Positions 1-15,000 of a DNA stretch of 64,000 bases are shown here, piece after piece. The stretch is from Eledone cirrhosa. Lineage: Eukaryota. The stretch covers positions 26,474,001 to 26,538,000 of the forward strand of contig OZ024748.1 in NCBI GenBank assembly GCA_964016885.1. Direction: 5' to 3'. Under the pieces are notes generated by a model that did no database searches, was not told the DNA's origin, and was given only the letters and a program-made list of their open reading frames with translations. The number at the start of each line of letters is the position of its first letter. Within the stretch, counting starts at the first letter, position 1. The position numbers and the translations under genes are program-made.

Positions 1-3000
1 ACAACAGCAACAACATCACAGCTTCCTTCAACAAGTGAAATCCATATAGAAACTCCTAAATCTACTTCTGAACTGCCTCATATAACTGACATTGAAACAA
101 GTACAGTGGAAAGGACAACACAAATTACAGATATTGAAACTGAACGCACAACTCAGACAGAAATTACACCACAACTAACAACATCTCCTGAAGAAACAAC
201 TCTGTCTACTCAGGTAGAGGACATCGAAAAGGTGACACCAACACAAGTTGCTAGCACAATGCATACATCACCTGAAACAACAGTTGTTTCATCTCCAGAA
301 CACACCTCTATAACACCTACAGATGAACTTACTAGTATTGAATATACAACTGAGACATCAACTGAAAAACCACTACCTATCAAGACACCTACAAGCACGG
401 CAGAAAAGATCACTGAAACTATAACAGACACAGTAGCAACAACATCACAGCTTCCTTCAACAAGTGAAATCCATATAGAAACTCCTAAATCTACTTCTGA
501 ACTGCCTTATACAACTGACATTGAAACAAGTACAGCGGAAAGGACAACACAAATTACAGATATTGAAACTGAACGCACAACTCAGACAGAAATTACACCA
601 CAACTAACAACATCTCCTGAAGAAACAACTCTGTCTACTCAGGTAGAGGACATCGTAAAGGTGACACCAACACAAGTTGCTAGCACAATGCATACATCAC
701 CTGAAACAACAGTTGTTTCATCTCCAGAACGCACCTCTATAACACCTACAGATGAACTTACTAGTATTGAATATACAACTGAGACATCAACTGAAAAACC
801 ACTACCTATCAAGACACCTACAAGCACAGCGGAAAAGATCACTGAAACTAGAACAGACACAACAGCAACAACATCACAGCTTCCTTTAAGAACAACACAA
901 GTTACAGATATTGAAACTGAGCGCACAACTCAGACAGAAATTACACCACAACAAACAACATCTCCTAAAGAAACAACACTGTCTACTCATATAACTGACA
1001 TTGAAACAAGTACAGTGGAAAGAACAACACAAATTACAGATATTGAAACTGAACGCACAACTCAGACAGAAATTACACCACAACTAACAACATCTGAAGA
1101 AACAACTCTGTCAACTCAGGTAGAGGACATCGAAAAGGTGACACCAACAACAGTTGTTTCATCTCCAGAACACACCTCTATAACACCTACAGGTGAACTT
1201 ACTAGTATTGAATATACAACTGAGACATCAACTGAAAAACCACTACCTGTCAAGACACATACAAGCACCGCAGAAAAGATCACTGAAACTAGAACAGACA
1301 CAACAGCAACAACATCACAGTTTCCTTTAACAAGTGAAATCCATATAGAAACTCATAAATCTACTTCTGAACTGCCTCATATAACTGACATTGAAACAAG
1401 TACAGTGGAAAGAACAACACAAATTACAGATATTGAAACTGAACGCACAACTCAAGCAGAAATTACACCACAACAAACAACATCTCCTGAAGAAACAACT
1501 CTGTCTGCTCAGGTAGAGGACATCGAAAAGGTGACACCAACACAAGTTGCTAGAACAATGCATACATCACCTGAAACAACAGTTGTTTCATCTCCAGAAC
1601 ACACCTCTATAACACTTACAGATGAACTTATTAGTATTGAATATACAACTGAGACATCAACTGAAAAACCACTACCTATCAAGACACCTACAAGCACAGC
1701 AGAAAAGATCACTGAAACTATAACAGACACAGCAGCAACAACATCACAGCTTCCTTCAACAAGTGAAATCCATATAGAAACTCCTAAATCTACTTCTGAA
1801 CTGCCTCATATAACTGACATTGAAACAAGTACAGTGGAAAGAACAACACAAATTACAGATATTGAAACTGAACGCACAACTCAGACAGAAATTACACCAC
1901 AACTAACAACATCTCCTGAAGAAACAACTCTGTCTACTCAGGTAGAGGACATCGAAAAGGTGACACCAACACAAGTTGCTAGCACAATGCATACATCACC
2001 TGAAACAACAGTTGTTTCATCTCCAGAACACACCTCTATAACACCTACAGATGAACTTACTAGTATTGAATATACAACTGAGACATCAACTGAAAAACCA
2101 CTACCTATAAAGACACCTACAAGCACAGCAGAAAAGATCACTGAAACTAGAACAGACACAACAGCAACGACATCACAGCTTCCTTTAACAACTGAAATCC
2201 ATATAGAAACTCCTAAATCTACTTCTGAACTGCCTCATATAACTGACATTGAAACAAGTACAGTGGAAAGAACAACACAAATTACAGATATTGAAACTGA
2301 ACGCACAACTCAGACAGAAATTACACCACAACTAACAACATCTCCTGAAGAAACAACTCTGTCTACTCAGGTAGAGGACATCGAAAGGGTGACACCAACA
2401 CAAGTTGCTAGCACAATGCATACATCACCTGAAACAACAGTTGTTTCATCTCCAGAACACACCTCTATAACACCTACAGATGAACTTACTAGTATTGAAT
2501 ATACAACTGAGACATCAACTGAAAAACCACTACCTATGACAACAAGTACAAGCACAGCAGAAAAGATCACTGAAACTAGAACAGACACAACAGCAACAAC
2601 ATCACAGCTTCCTTCAACAAGTGAAATCCATATAGAAACTCCTAAATCTACTTCTGAACTGCCTCATATAACTGACATTGAAACAAGTACAGTGGAAAGA
2701 ACAACACAAGTTACAGATATTGAAACTGAGCGCACAACTCAGACAGAAATTACACCACAACACACAACATCTCCTGAAGAAACAACACTGTCTACTCAGG
2801 TAGAGGACATCGTAAAGGTGACAGCAACACAAGTTGCTAGCACAATGCATACATCACCTGAAACGACAGTTGTTTCATCTCCTGAACACACCTCTATGAC
2901 ACCTACAGATGAACATACTATTATTGAATATAGAACTGAGACATCAACTGAAAAACCACTACCTATAAAGACACCTACAAGCACAGCTGAAAAGATCACT

Positions 3001-6000
3001 GAAACTATAACAGACATAACAGCAACAACATCACAGCTTCCTTCAACAAGTGAAATCCATATAGAAACTCCTAAATCTACTTCTGAACTGCCTCATATAA
3101 CTGACATTGAAACAAGTACAGTGGAAAGAACAACACACGTTACAGATATTGAAACTGAACGCACAACTCAGACAGAAATTACACCACAACTAACAACATC
3201 TCCTGAAGAAACAACTCTGTCTACTCAGGTAGAGGACATCGAAAAGGTGACACCAACACAAGTTGCTAGCACAATGCATACATCACCTGAAAGAACAGTT
3301 GTTTCATCTCCTGAACACACTTCTATAACACCTACAGATGAACTCACTATTAAAGAATACATAACTGAGACATCAACAGAAAAATCACTACCTATGACAA
3401 CACCTACACGCACAGCAGAAAAGATCACTGAAACTAGAACAGACACAGCAGCAACAACATCACAGCTTCCTTCAACAAGTGAAATCCATATAGAAACTCA
3501 TAAATCTACTTCTGAACTGCCTCATATAACTGACATTGAAAAAAGTACAGTGGAAAGAACAACACAAGTTACAAATATTGAAACTAAGCGCACAACTCAG
3601 ACAGAAATTACACCACAACAAACAACATCTCCTGAAGAAACAACGCTGTCTACTCAGGTAGAGGACATCGTAAAGGTGACACCAACACAAGTTGCTAGCA
3701 CAATGCATACATCACCTGAAACAACAGTTGTTTCATCTCCTGAACACACCTCTATAACACCTACAGATGAACTTACTAGTATTGAATATACAACTGAGAC
3801 ATCAACTGAAAAACCACTACCTATCAAGACACATACAAGCACAGCAGAAAAGATCACTGAAACTAGAACAGACACAACAGCAACAACATCACAGCTTCCT
3901 TCAACAAGTGAAATCCATATAGAAACTCCTAAATCTACTTCTGAACTGCCTCATATAACTGACATTGAAACAAGTACAGTGGAAAGAACAACACAAATTA
4001 CAGATATTGAGACTGAACGCACAACTCAGACAGAAAGTACACCACAACTAACAACATCTCCTGAAGAAACAACTCTGTCTACTCAGGTAGAGGACATCGA
4101 AAGGGTGACACCAACACAAGTTGCTAGCACAATGCATACATCACCTGAAACAAAAGTTGTTTCATCTTCTGAACACACCTCTATAACACCTACAGATGAA
4201 CTTACTAGTATTGAATATAGAACTGAGACATCAACTGAAAAATCACTACCTACGATAACACCTACAAGCACAGCAGAAAAGATCACTGAAAATATAACAG
4301 ACACAACAGCAACAACGTCACAGCTTCCTTCAACAAGTGAAATCCATATAGAAACTCCTAAATCTACTTCTGAACTGCCTCATATAACTGACATTGAAAC
4401 AAGTACAGTGGAAAGAACAACACAAGTTACAGATATTGAAACTGAGCGCACAACTCAGACAGAAATTACACCACAACAAACAACATCTGAAGAAACAACA
4501 CTGTCTACTCAGGTAGAGGACATCGTAAAGGTGACACCAACACAAGTTGCTAGCACAATGCATACATCACCTGAAACAACAGTTGTTTCGTCTCCAGAAC
4601 ACACCTCTATAACACCTACACATGAACTTACTAGTATTGAATATACAACTGAGACATCAACTGAAAAACCACTACCTATAAAGACACCTACAAGCACAGC
4701 TGAAAAGATCACTGAAACTATAACAGACACAACAGCAACAACATCAAAGCTTCCTTCAACAAGTGAAACCCATATAGAAACTCCTAAATCTACTTCTGAA
4801 CTGCCTCATATAACTTACATTGAAACAAGTACAGTGGAAAGAACAACACAAATTACAGATATTGAAACTGAACGCACAACTCAGACAGAAATTACACCAC
4901 AACTAACAACATCTCCTGAAGAAACAAGTCTGTCTACTCAGGTAGAGGACATCGAAAGGGTGCCACCAACACAAGTTGCTAGCACAATGCATACATCACC
5001 TGAAACAACAGTTGTTTCATCTCCAGAACACACCTCTATAACACCTACAGATGAACTTACTAGTATTGAATATAGAACTGAGACATCAACTGAAAAATCA
5101 CTACCTACGATAACACCTACAAGCACAGCAGAAAAGATCACTGAAACTATAACAGACACAACAGCAACAACATCACAGCTTCCTTCAACAAGTGAAATCC
5201 ATATAGAAACTCCTAAATCTACTTCTGAACTGCCTCATATAACTGACATTGAAACAAGTACAGTGGAAAGAACAACACAAATTACAGATATTGAAACTGA
5301 ACGCAGAACTCAGACAGAAATTACACCACAACTAACAACATCTCCTGAAGAAGCAACTCTGTCTACTCAGGTAGAGGACATCGAAAGGGTGACACCAACA
5401 CAAGTTGCTAGCACAATGCATACATCACCTGAAACAACAGTTGTTTCATCTCCAGAACACACCTCTATAACACCTACAGATGAACTTACTAGTATTGAAT
5501 ATATAACTGAGACATCAACTGAAAAACCACTACCTATCAAGACACCTACAAGCACAGCAGAAAAGATCACTGAACCTAGAACAGACACAACAGCAACAAC
5601 ATCACAGCTTCCTTCAACAAGTGAAATCCATATAGAAACTCCTAAATCTACTTCTGAACTGCCTCATATAACTGACATTGAAACAAGTACAGTGGAAAGA
5701 ACAACACAAATTACAGATATTGAAACTGAACGCACAACTCAGACAGAAATTACACCACAACTAACAACATCTCCTGAAGAAACAACTCTGTCTACTCAGG
5801 TAGAGGACATCGAAAGGGTGACACCAACACAAGTTGCTAGCACAATGCATACATCACCTGAAACAACAGTTGTTTCATCTCCAGAAATCACCTCTATAAC
5901 ACCTACAGATGAACTTACTAGTATTGAATATACAACTGTGACATCAACTGAAAAACCACTACCTATAAAGACACCTACAAGCACAGCTGAAAAGATCACT

Positions 6001-9000
6001 GAAACTAGAACAGACACAACAGCAACAACATCACAGCTTCCTTCAGCAAGTGAAATCCATATAGAAACTCCTAAATCTACTTCTGAACTGCCTCATATAA
6101 CAGACATTGAAACAAGTACAATGGAAAGAACAACACAAATTACAGATATTGAAACGGAACGCACAACTCAGACAGAAATTACACCACAACTAACAACATC
6201 TCCTGAAGAAACAACTCTGTCTACTCAGGTAGAGGACATCAAAAGGGTGACACCAACACAAGTTGCTAGCACAATGCATACATCACCTGAAACAACAGTT
6301 GTTTCATCTCCAGAACACACCTCTATAACACCTACAGATGAACTTACTAGTATTGAATATACAACTGAGACATCAACTGAAAAACCACTACCTATAAAGA
6401 CACCTACAAGCACAGCTGAAAAGATCACTGAAACTATAACAGACACAACATCAACAACAACACAGCTTCCTTCAACAAGTGAAATCCATATAGAAACTCC
6501 TAAATCTACTTCTGAACTGCCTCATATAACTGACATTGAAACAAGTACAGTGGAAAGAACAACACAAATTACAGATATTGAAACTGAACGCACAACTCAG
6601 ACAGAAATTACACCACAACTAACAACATCTCCTGAAGAAACAACTCTGTCTACTCAGGTAGAGGACATCGAAAGGGTGACACCAACACAAGTTGCTAGCA
6701 CAATGCATACATCACCTGAAACAACAGTTGTTTCATCTCCAGAACACACCTCTATAACACCTACAGATGAACTTACTAGTATTGAATATACAACTGAGAC
6801 ATCAACTGAAAAACCACTACCTATAAAGACACCTACAAGCACAGCAGAAAAGATCACTGAAACTATAACAGACACAACAGCAACAACATCACAGCTTCCT
6901 TCAACAAGTGAAATCCATATAGAAACTCCTAAATCTACTTCTGAACTGCCTCATATAACTGACATTGAAACAAGTACAGTGGAAAGAACAACACAAATTA
7001 CAGATATTGAAACTGAACGCACAACTCAGACAGAAATTACACCACAACTAACAACATCTCCTGAAGAAACAACTCTGTCTACTCAGGTAGAGGACATCGA
7101 AAAGGTGACACCAACACAAGTTGCTAGCACAATGCATACATCACCTGAAACAACAGTTGTTTCATCTCCAGAACACACCTCTATAACACCTACAGATGAA
7201 CTTACTAGTATTGAATATACAACTGAGACATCAACTGAAAAACCACTACCTATAAAGACACCTACAAGCACAGCTGAAAAGATCACTGAAACTATAACAG
7301 ACACAACAGCAACAACATCACAGCTTCCTTCAACAAGTGAAATCCATATAGAAACTCCTAAATCTACTTCTGAACTGCCTCATATAACTGACGTTGAAAC
7401 AAGTACGATGGAAAGAACAACACAAATTACAGATATTGAAACTGAACGCACAACTCAGACAGAAATTACACCACAACTAACAACATCTCCTGAAGAAACA
7501 ACTCTGTCTACTCAGGTAGAGGACATCGAAAAGGTGACACCAACACGAGTTGCTAGCACAATGCATACATCACCTGAAACAACAGTTGTTTCATCTCCTG
7601 AGCACACCTCTATAACATCTACAGATGAACTTACTAGTATTGAATATAGAACTGAGACATCAACTGAAAAATCACTACCTACGATAACACCTACAAGCAC
7701 AGCAGAAAAGATCACTGAAACTATAACAGACACAACAGCAACAACATCACAGCTTCCTTCAACAAGTGAAATCCATATAGAAACTCCTAAATCTACTTCT
7801 GAACTGCCTCATATAACTGACATTGAAACAAGTACAGTGGAAAGGACAACACAAATTACAGATATTGAAACTGAACGCACAACTCAGACAGAAATTACAC
7901 CACAACTAACAACATCTCCTGAAGAAACAACTCTGTCTACTCAGGTAGAGGACATCGTAAAGGTGACACCAACACAAGTTGCTAGCACAATGCATACATC
8001 ACCTGAAACAACAGTTGTTTCGTCTCCAGAACACACCTCTATAACACCTACAGATGAACTTACTAGTATTGAATATACAACTGAGACATCAACTGAAAAA
8101 CCACTACCTATCAAGACACCTACAAGCACGGCAGAAAAGATCACTGAAACTATAACAGACACAGTAGCAACAACATCACAGCTTCCTTCAACAAGTGAAA
8201 TCCATATAGAAACTCCTAAATCTACTTCTGAACTGCCTTATACAACTGACATTGAAACAAGTACAGCGGAAAGGACAACACAAATTACAGATATTGAAAC
8301 TGAACGCACAACTCAGACAGAAATTACACCACAACTAACAACATCTCCTGAAGAAACAACTCTGTCTACTCAGGTAGAGGACATCGAAAGGGTGACACCA
8401 ACACAAGTTGCTAGCACAATGCATACATCACCTGAAACAACAGTTGTTTCATCTCCAGAACACACCTCTATAACACCTACAGATGAACTTACTAGTATTG
8501 AATATACAACTGAGACATCAACTGAAAAACCACTACCTATAAAGACACCTACAAGCACAGCAGAAAAGATCACTGAAACTATAACAGACACAACAGCAAC
8601 AACATCACAGCTTCCTTCAACAAGTGAAATCCATATAGAAACTCCTAAATCTACTTCTGAACTGCCTCATATAACTGACATTGAAACAAGTACAGTGGAA
8701 AGAACAACACAAATTACAGATATTGAAACTGAACGCACAACTCAGACAGAAATTACACCACAACTAACAACATCTCCTGAAGAAACAACTCTGTCTACTC
8801 AGGTAGAGGACATCGAAAAGGTGACACCAACACAAGTTGCTAGCACAATGCATACATCACCTGAAACAACAGTTGTTTCATCTCCAGAACACACCTCTAT
8901 AACACCTACAGATGAACTTACTAGTATTGAATATACAACTGAGACATCAACTGAAAAACCACTACCTATAAAGACACCTACAAGCACAGCTGAAAAGATC

Positions 9001-12000
9001 ACTGAAACTATAACAGACACAACAGCAACAACATCACAGCTTCCTTCAACAAGTGAAATCCATATAGAAACTCCTAAATCTACTTCTGAACTGCCTCATA
9101 TAACTGACGTTGAAACAAGTACGATGGAAAGAACAACACAAATTACAGATATTGAAACTGAACGCACAACTCAGACAGAAATTACACCACAACTAACAAC
9201 ATCTCCTGAAGAAACAACTCTGTCTACTCAGGTAGAGGACATCGAAAAGGTGACACCAACACGAGTTGCTAGCACAATGCATACATCACCTGAAACAACA
9301 GTTGTTTCATCTCCTGAGCACACCTCTATAACATCTACAGATGAACTTACTAGTATTGAATATAGAACTGAGACATCAACTGAAAAATCACTACCTACGA
9401 TAACACCTACAAGCACAGCAGAAAAGATCACTGAAACTATAACAGACACAACAGCAACAACATCACAGCTTCCTTCAACAAGTGAAATCCATATAGAAAC
9501 TCCTAAATCTACTTCTGAACTGCCTCATATAACTGACATTGAAACAAGTACAGTGGAAAGGACAACACAAATTACAGATATTGAAACTGAACGCACAACT
9601 CAGACAGAAATTACACCACAACTAACAACATCTCCTGAAGAAACAACTCTGTCTACTCAGGTAGAGGACATCGTAAAGGTGACACCAACACAAGTTGCTA
9701 GCACAATGCATACATCACCTGAAACAACAGTTGTTTCGTCTCCAGAACACACCTCTATAACACCTACAGATGAACTTACTAGTATTGAATATACAACTGA
9801 GACATCAACTGAAAAACCACTACCTATCAAGACACCTACAAGCACGGCAGAAAAGATCACTGAAACTATAACAGACACAGTAGCAACAACATCACAGCTT
9901 CCTTCAACAAGTGAAATCCATATAGAAACTCCTAAATCTACTTCTGAACTGCCTTATACAACTGACATTGAAACAAGTACAGCGGAAAGGACAACACAAA
10001 TTACAGATATTGAAACTGAACGCACAACTCAGACAGAAATTACACCACAACTAACAACATCTCCTGAAGAAACAACTCTGTCTACTCAGGTAGAGGACAT
10101 CGAAAGGGTGACACCAACACAAGTTGCTAGCACAATGCATACATCACCTGAAACAACAGTTGTTTCATCTCCAGAACACACCTCTATAACACCTACAGAT
10201 GAACTTACTAGTATTGAATATACAACTGAGACATCAACTGAAAAACCACTACCTATGACAACAAGTACAAGCACAGCAGAAAAGATCACTGAAACTAGAA
10301 CAGACACAACAGCAACAACATCACAGCTTCCTTCAACAAGTGAAATCCATATAGAAACTCCTAAATCTACTTCTGAACTGCCTCATATAACTGACATTGA
10401 AACAAGTACAGTGGAAAGAACAACACAAGTTACAGATATTGAAACTGAGCGCACAACTCAGACAGAAATTACACCACAACACACAACATCTCCTGAAGAA
10501 ACAACACTGTCTACTCAGGTAGAGGACATCGTAAAGGTGACAGCAACACAAGTTGCTAGCACAATGCATACATCACCTGAAACGACAGTTGTTTCATCTC
10601 CTGAACACACCTCTATGACACCTACAGATGAACATACTATTATTGAATATAGAACTGAGACATCAACTGAAAAACCACTACCTATAAAGACACCTACAAG
10701 CACAGCTGAAAAGATCACTGAAACTATAACAGACATAACAGCAACAACATCACAGCTTCCTTCAACAAGTGAAATCCATATAGAAACTCCTAAATCTACT
10801 TCTGAACTGCCTCATATAACTGACATTGAAACAAGTACAGTGGAAAGAACAACACACGTTACAGATATTGAAACTGAACGCACAACTCAGACAGAAATTA
10901 CACCACAACTAACAACATCTCCTGAAGAAACAACTCTGTCTACTCAGGTAGAGGACATCGAAAAGGTGACACCAACACAAGTTGCTAGCACAATGCATAC
11001 ATCACCTGAAAGAACAGTTGTTTCATCTCCTGAACACACTTCTATAACACCTACAGATGAACTCACTATTAAAGAATACATAACTGAGACATCAACAGAA
11101 AAATCACTACCTATGACAACACCTACACGCACAGCAGAAAAGATCACTGAAACTAGAACAGACACAGCAGCAACAACATCACAGCTTCCTTCAACAAGTG
11201 AAATCCATATAGAAACTCCTAAATCTACTTCTGAACTGCCTCATATAACTGACATTGAAACAAGTACAGTGGAAAGAACAACACAAATTACAGATATTGA
11301 GACTGAACGCACAACTCAGACAGAAAGTACACCACAACTAACAACATCTCCTGAAGAAACAACTCTGTCTACTCAGGTAGAGGACATCGAAAGGGTGACA
11401 CCAACACAAGTTGCTAGCACAATGCATACATCACCTGAAACAACAGTTGTTTCATCTCCAGAACACACCTCTATAACACCTACAGATGAACTTACTAGTA
11501 TTGAATATACAACTGAGACATCAACTGAAAAACCACTACCTATAAAGACACCTACAAGCACAGCTGAAAAGATCACTGAAACTATAACAGACACAACAGC
11601 AACAACATCACAGCTTCCTTCAACAAGTGAAATCCATATAGAAACTCCTAAATCTACTTCTGAACTGCCTCATATAACTGACGTTGAAACAAGTACGATG
11701 GAAAGAACAACACAAATTACAGATATTGAAACTGAACGCACAACTCAGACAGAAATTACACCACAACTAACAACATCTCCTGAAGAAACAACTCTGTCTA
11801 CTCAGGTAGAGGACATCGAAAAGGTGACACCAACACGAGTTGCTAGCACAATGCATACATCACCTGAAACAACAGTTGTTTCATCTCCTGAACACACCTC
11901 TATAACATCTACAGATGAACTTACTAGTATTGAATATAGAACTGAGACATCAACTGAAAAATCACTACCTACGATAACACCTACAAGCACAGCAGAAAAG

Positions 12001-15000
12001 ATCACTGAAACTATAACAGACACAACAGCAACAACATCACAGCTTCCTTCAACAAGTGAAATCCATATAGAAACTCCTAAATCTACTTCTGAACTGCCTC
12101 ATATAACTGACATTGAAACAAGTACAGTGGAAAGGACAACACAAATTACAGATATTGAAACTGAACGCACAACTCAGACAGAAATTACACCACAACTAAC
12201 AACATCTCCTGAAGAAACAACTCTGTCTACTCAGGTAGAGGACATCGTAAAGGTGACACCAACACAAGTTGCTAGCACAATGCATACATCACCTGAAACA
12301 ACAGTTGTTTCGTCTCCAGAACACACCTCTATAACACCTACAGATGAACTTACTAGTATTGAATATACAACTGAGACATCAACTGAAAAACCACTACCTA
12401 TCAAGACACCTACAAGCACGGCAGAAAAGATCACTGAAACTATAACAGACACAGTAGCAACAACATCACAGCTTCCTTCAACAAGTGAAATCCATATAGA
12501 AACTCCTAAATCTACTTCTGAACTGCCTTATACGACTGACATTGAAACAAGTACAGCGGAAAGGACAACACAAATTACAGATATTGAAACTGAACGCACA
12601 ACTCAGACAGAAATTACACCACAACTAACAACATCTCCTGAAGAAACAACTCTGTCTACTCAGGTAGAGGACATCGAAAGGGTGACACCAACACAAGTTG
12701 CTAGCACAATGCATACATCACCTGAAACAACAGTTGTTTCATCTCCAGAACACACCTCTATAACACCTACAGATGAACTTACTAGTATTGAATATACAAC
12801 TGAGACATCAACTGAAAAACCACTACCTATGACAACAAGTACAAGCACAGCAGAAAAGATCACTGAAACTAGAACAGACACAACAGCAACAACATCACAG
12901 CTTCCTTCAACAAGTGAAATCCATATAGAAACTCCTAAATCTACTTCTGAACTGCCTCATATAACTGACATTGAAACAAGTACAGTGGAAAGAACAACAC
13001 AAGTTACAGATATTGAAACTGAGCGCACAACTCAGACAGAAATTACACCACAACACACAACATCTCCTGAAGAAACAACACTGTCTACTCAGGTAGAGGA
13101 CATCGTAAAGGTGACAGCAACACAAGTTGCTAGCACAATGCATACATCACCTGAAACGACAGTTGTTTCATCTCCTGAACACACCTCTATGACACCTACA
13201 GATGAACATACTATTATTGAATATAGAACTGAGACATCAACTGAAAAACCACTACCTATAAAGACACCTACAAGCACAGCTGAAAAGATCACTGAAACTA
13301 TAACAGACATAACAGCAACAACATCACAGCTTCCTTCAACAAGTGAAATCCATATAGAAACTCCTAAATCTACTTCTGAACTGCCTCATATAACTGACAT
13401 TGAAACAAGTACAGTGGAAAGAACAACACACGTTACAGATATTGAAACTGAACGCACAACTCAGACAGAAATTACACCACAACTAACAACATCTCCTGAA
13501 GAAACAACTCTGTCTACTCAGGTAGAGGACATCGAAAAGGTGACACCAACACAAGTTGCTAGCACAATGCATACATCACCTGAAAGAACAGTTGTTTCAT
13601 CTCCTGAACACACTTCTATAACACCTACAGATGAACTCACTATTAAAGAATACATAACTGAGACATCAACAGAAAAATCACTACCTATGACAACACCTAC
13701 ACGCACAGCAGAAAAGATCACTGAAACTAGAACAGACACAGCAGCAACAACATCACAGCTTCCTTCAACAAGTGAAATCCATATAGAAACTCATAAATCT
13801 ACTTCTGAACTGCCTCATATAACTGACATTGAAAAAAGTACAGTGGAAAGAACAACACAAGTTACAAATATTGAAACTAAGCGCACAACTCAGACAGAAA
13901 TTACACCACAACAAACAACATCTCCTGAAGAAACAACGCTGTCTACTCAGGTAGAGGACATCGTAAAGGTGACACCAACACAAGTTGCTAGCACAATGCA
14001 TACATCACCTGAAACAACAGTTGCTTCATCTCCTGAACACACCTCTATAACACCTACAGATGAACTTACTAGTATTGAATATACAACTGAGACATCAACT
14101 GAAAAACCACTACCTTTCAAGACACATACAAGCACAGCAGAAAAGATCACTGAAACTAGAACAGACACAACAGCAACAACATCACAGCTTCCTTCAACAA
14201 GTGAAATCCATATAGAAACTCCTAAATCTACTTCTGAACTGCCTCATATAACTGACATTGAAACAAGTACAGTGGAAAGAACAACACAAATTACAGATAT
14301 TGAGACTGAACGCACAACTCAGACAGAAAGTACACCACAACTAACAACATCTCCTGAAGAAACAACTCTGTCTACTCAGGTAGAGGACATCGAAAGGGTG
14401 ACACCAACACAAGTTGCTAGCACAATGCATACATCACCTGAAACAAAAGTTGTTTCATCTTCTGAACACACCTCTATAACACCTACAGATGAACTTACTA
14501 GTATTGAATATAGAACTGAGACATCAACTGAAAAATCACTACCTACGATAACACCTACAAGCACAGCAGAAAAGATCACTGAAAATATAACAGACACAAC
14601 AGCAACAACGTCACAGCTTCCTTCAACAAGTGAAATCCATATAGAAACTCCTAAATCTACTTCTGAACTGCCTCATATAACTGACATTGAAACAAGTACA
14701 GTGGAAAGAACAACACAAGTTACAGATATTGAAACTGAGCGCACAACTCAGACAGAAATTACACCACAACAAACAACATCTGAAGAAACAACACTGTCTA
14801 CTCAGGTAGAGGACATCGTAAAGGTGACACCAACACAAGTTGCTAGCACAATGCATACATCACCTGAAACAACAGTTGTTTCGTCTCCAGAACACACCTC
14901 TATAACACCTACACATGAACTTACTAGTATTGAATATACAACTGAGACATCAACTGAAAAACCACTACCTATAAAGACACCTACAAGCACAGCTGAAAAG

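Noticed and set aside
249-336. Short palindromes in each unit (gctagc, atgcat, actagt)
   Set aside because: Six-base palindromes are expected by chance and form no extended hairpin. They are useful only as restriction markers.
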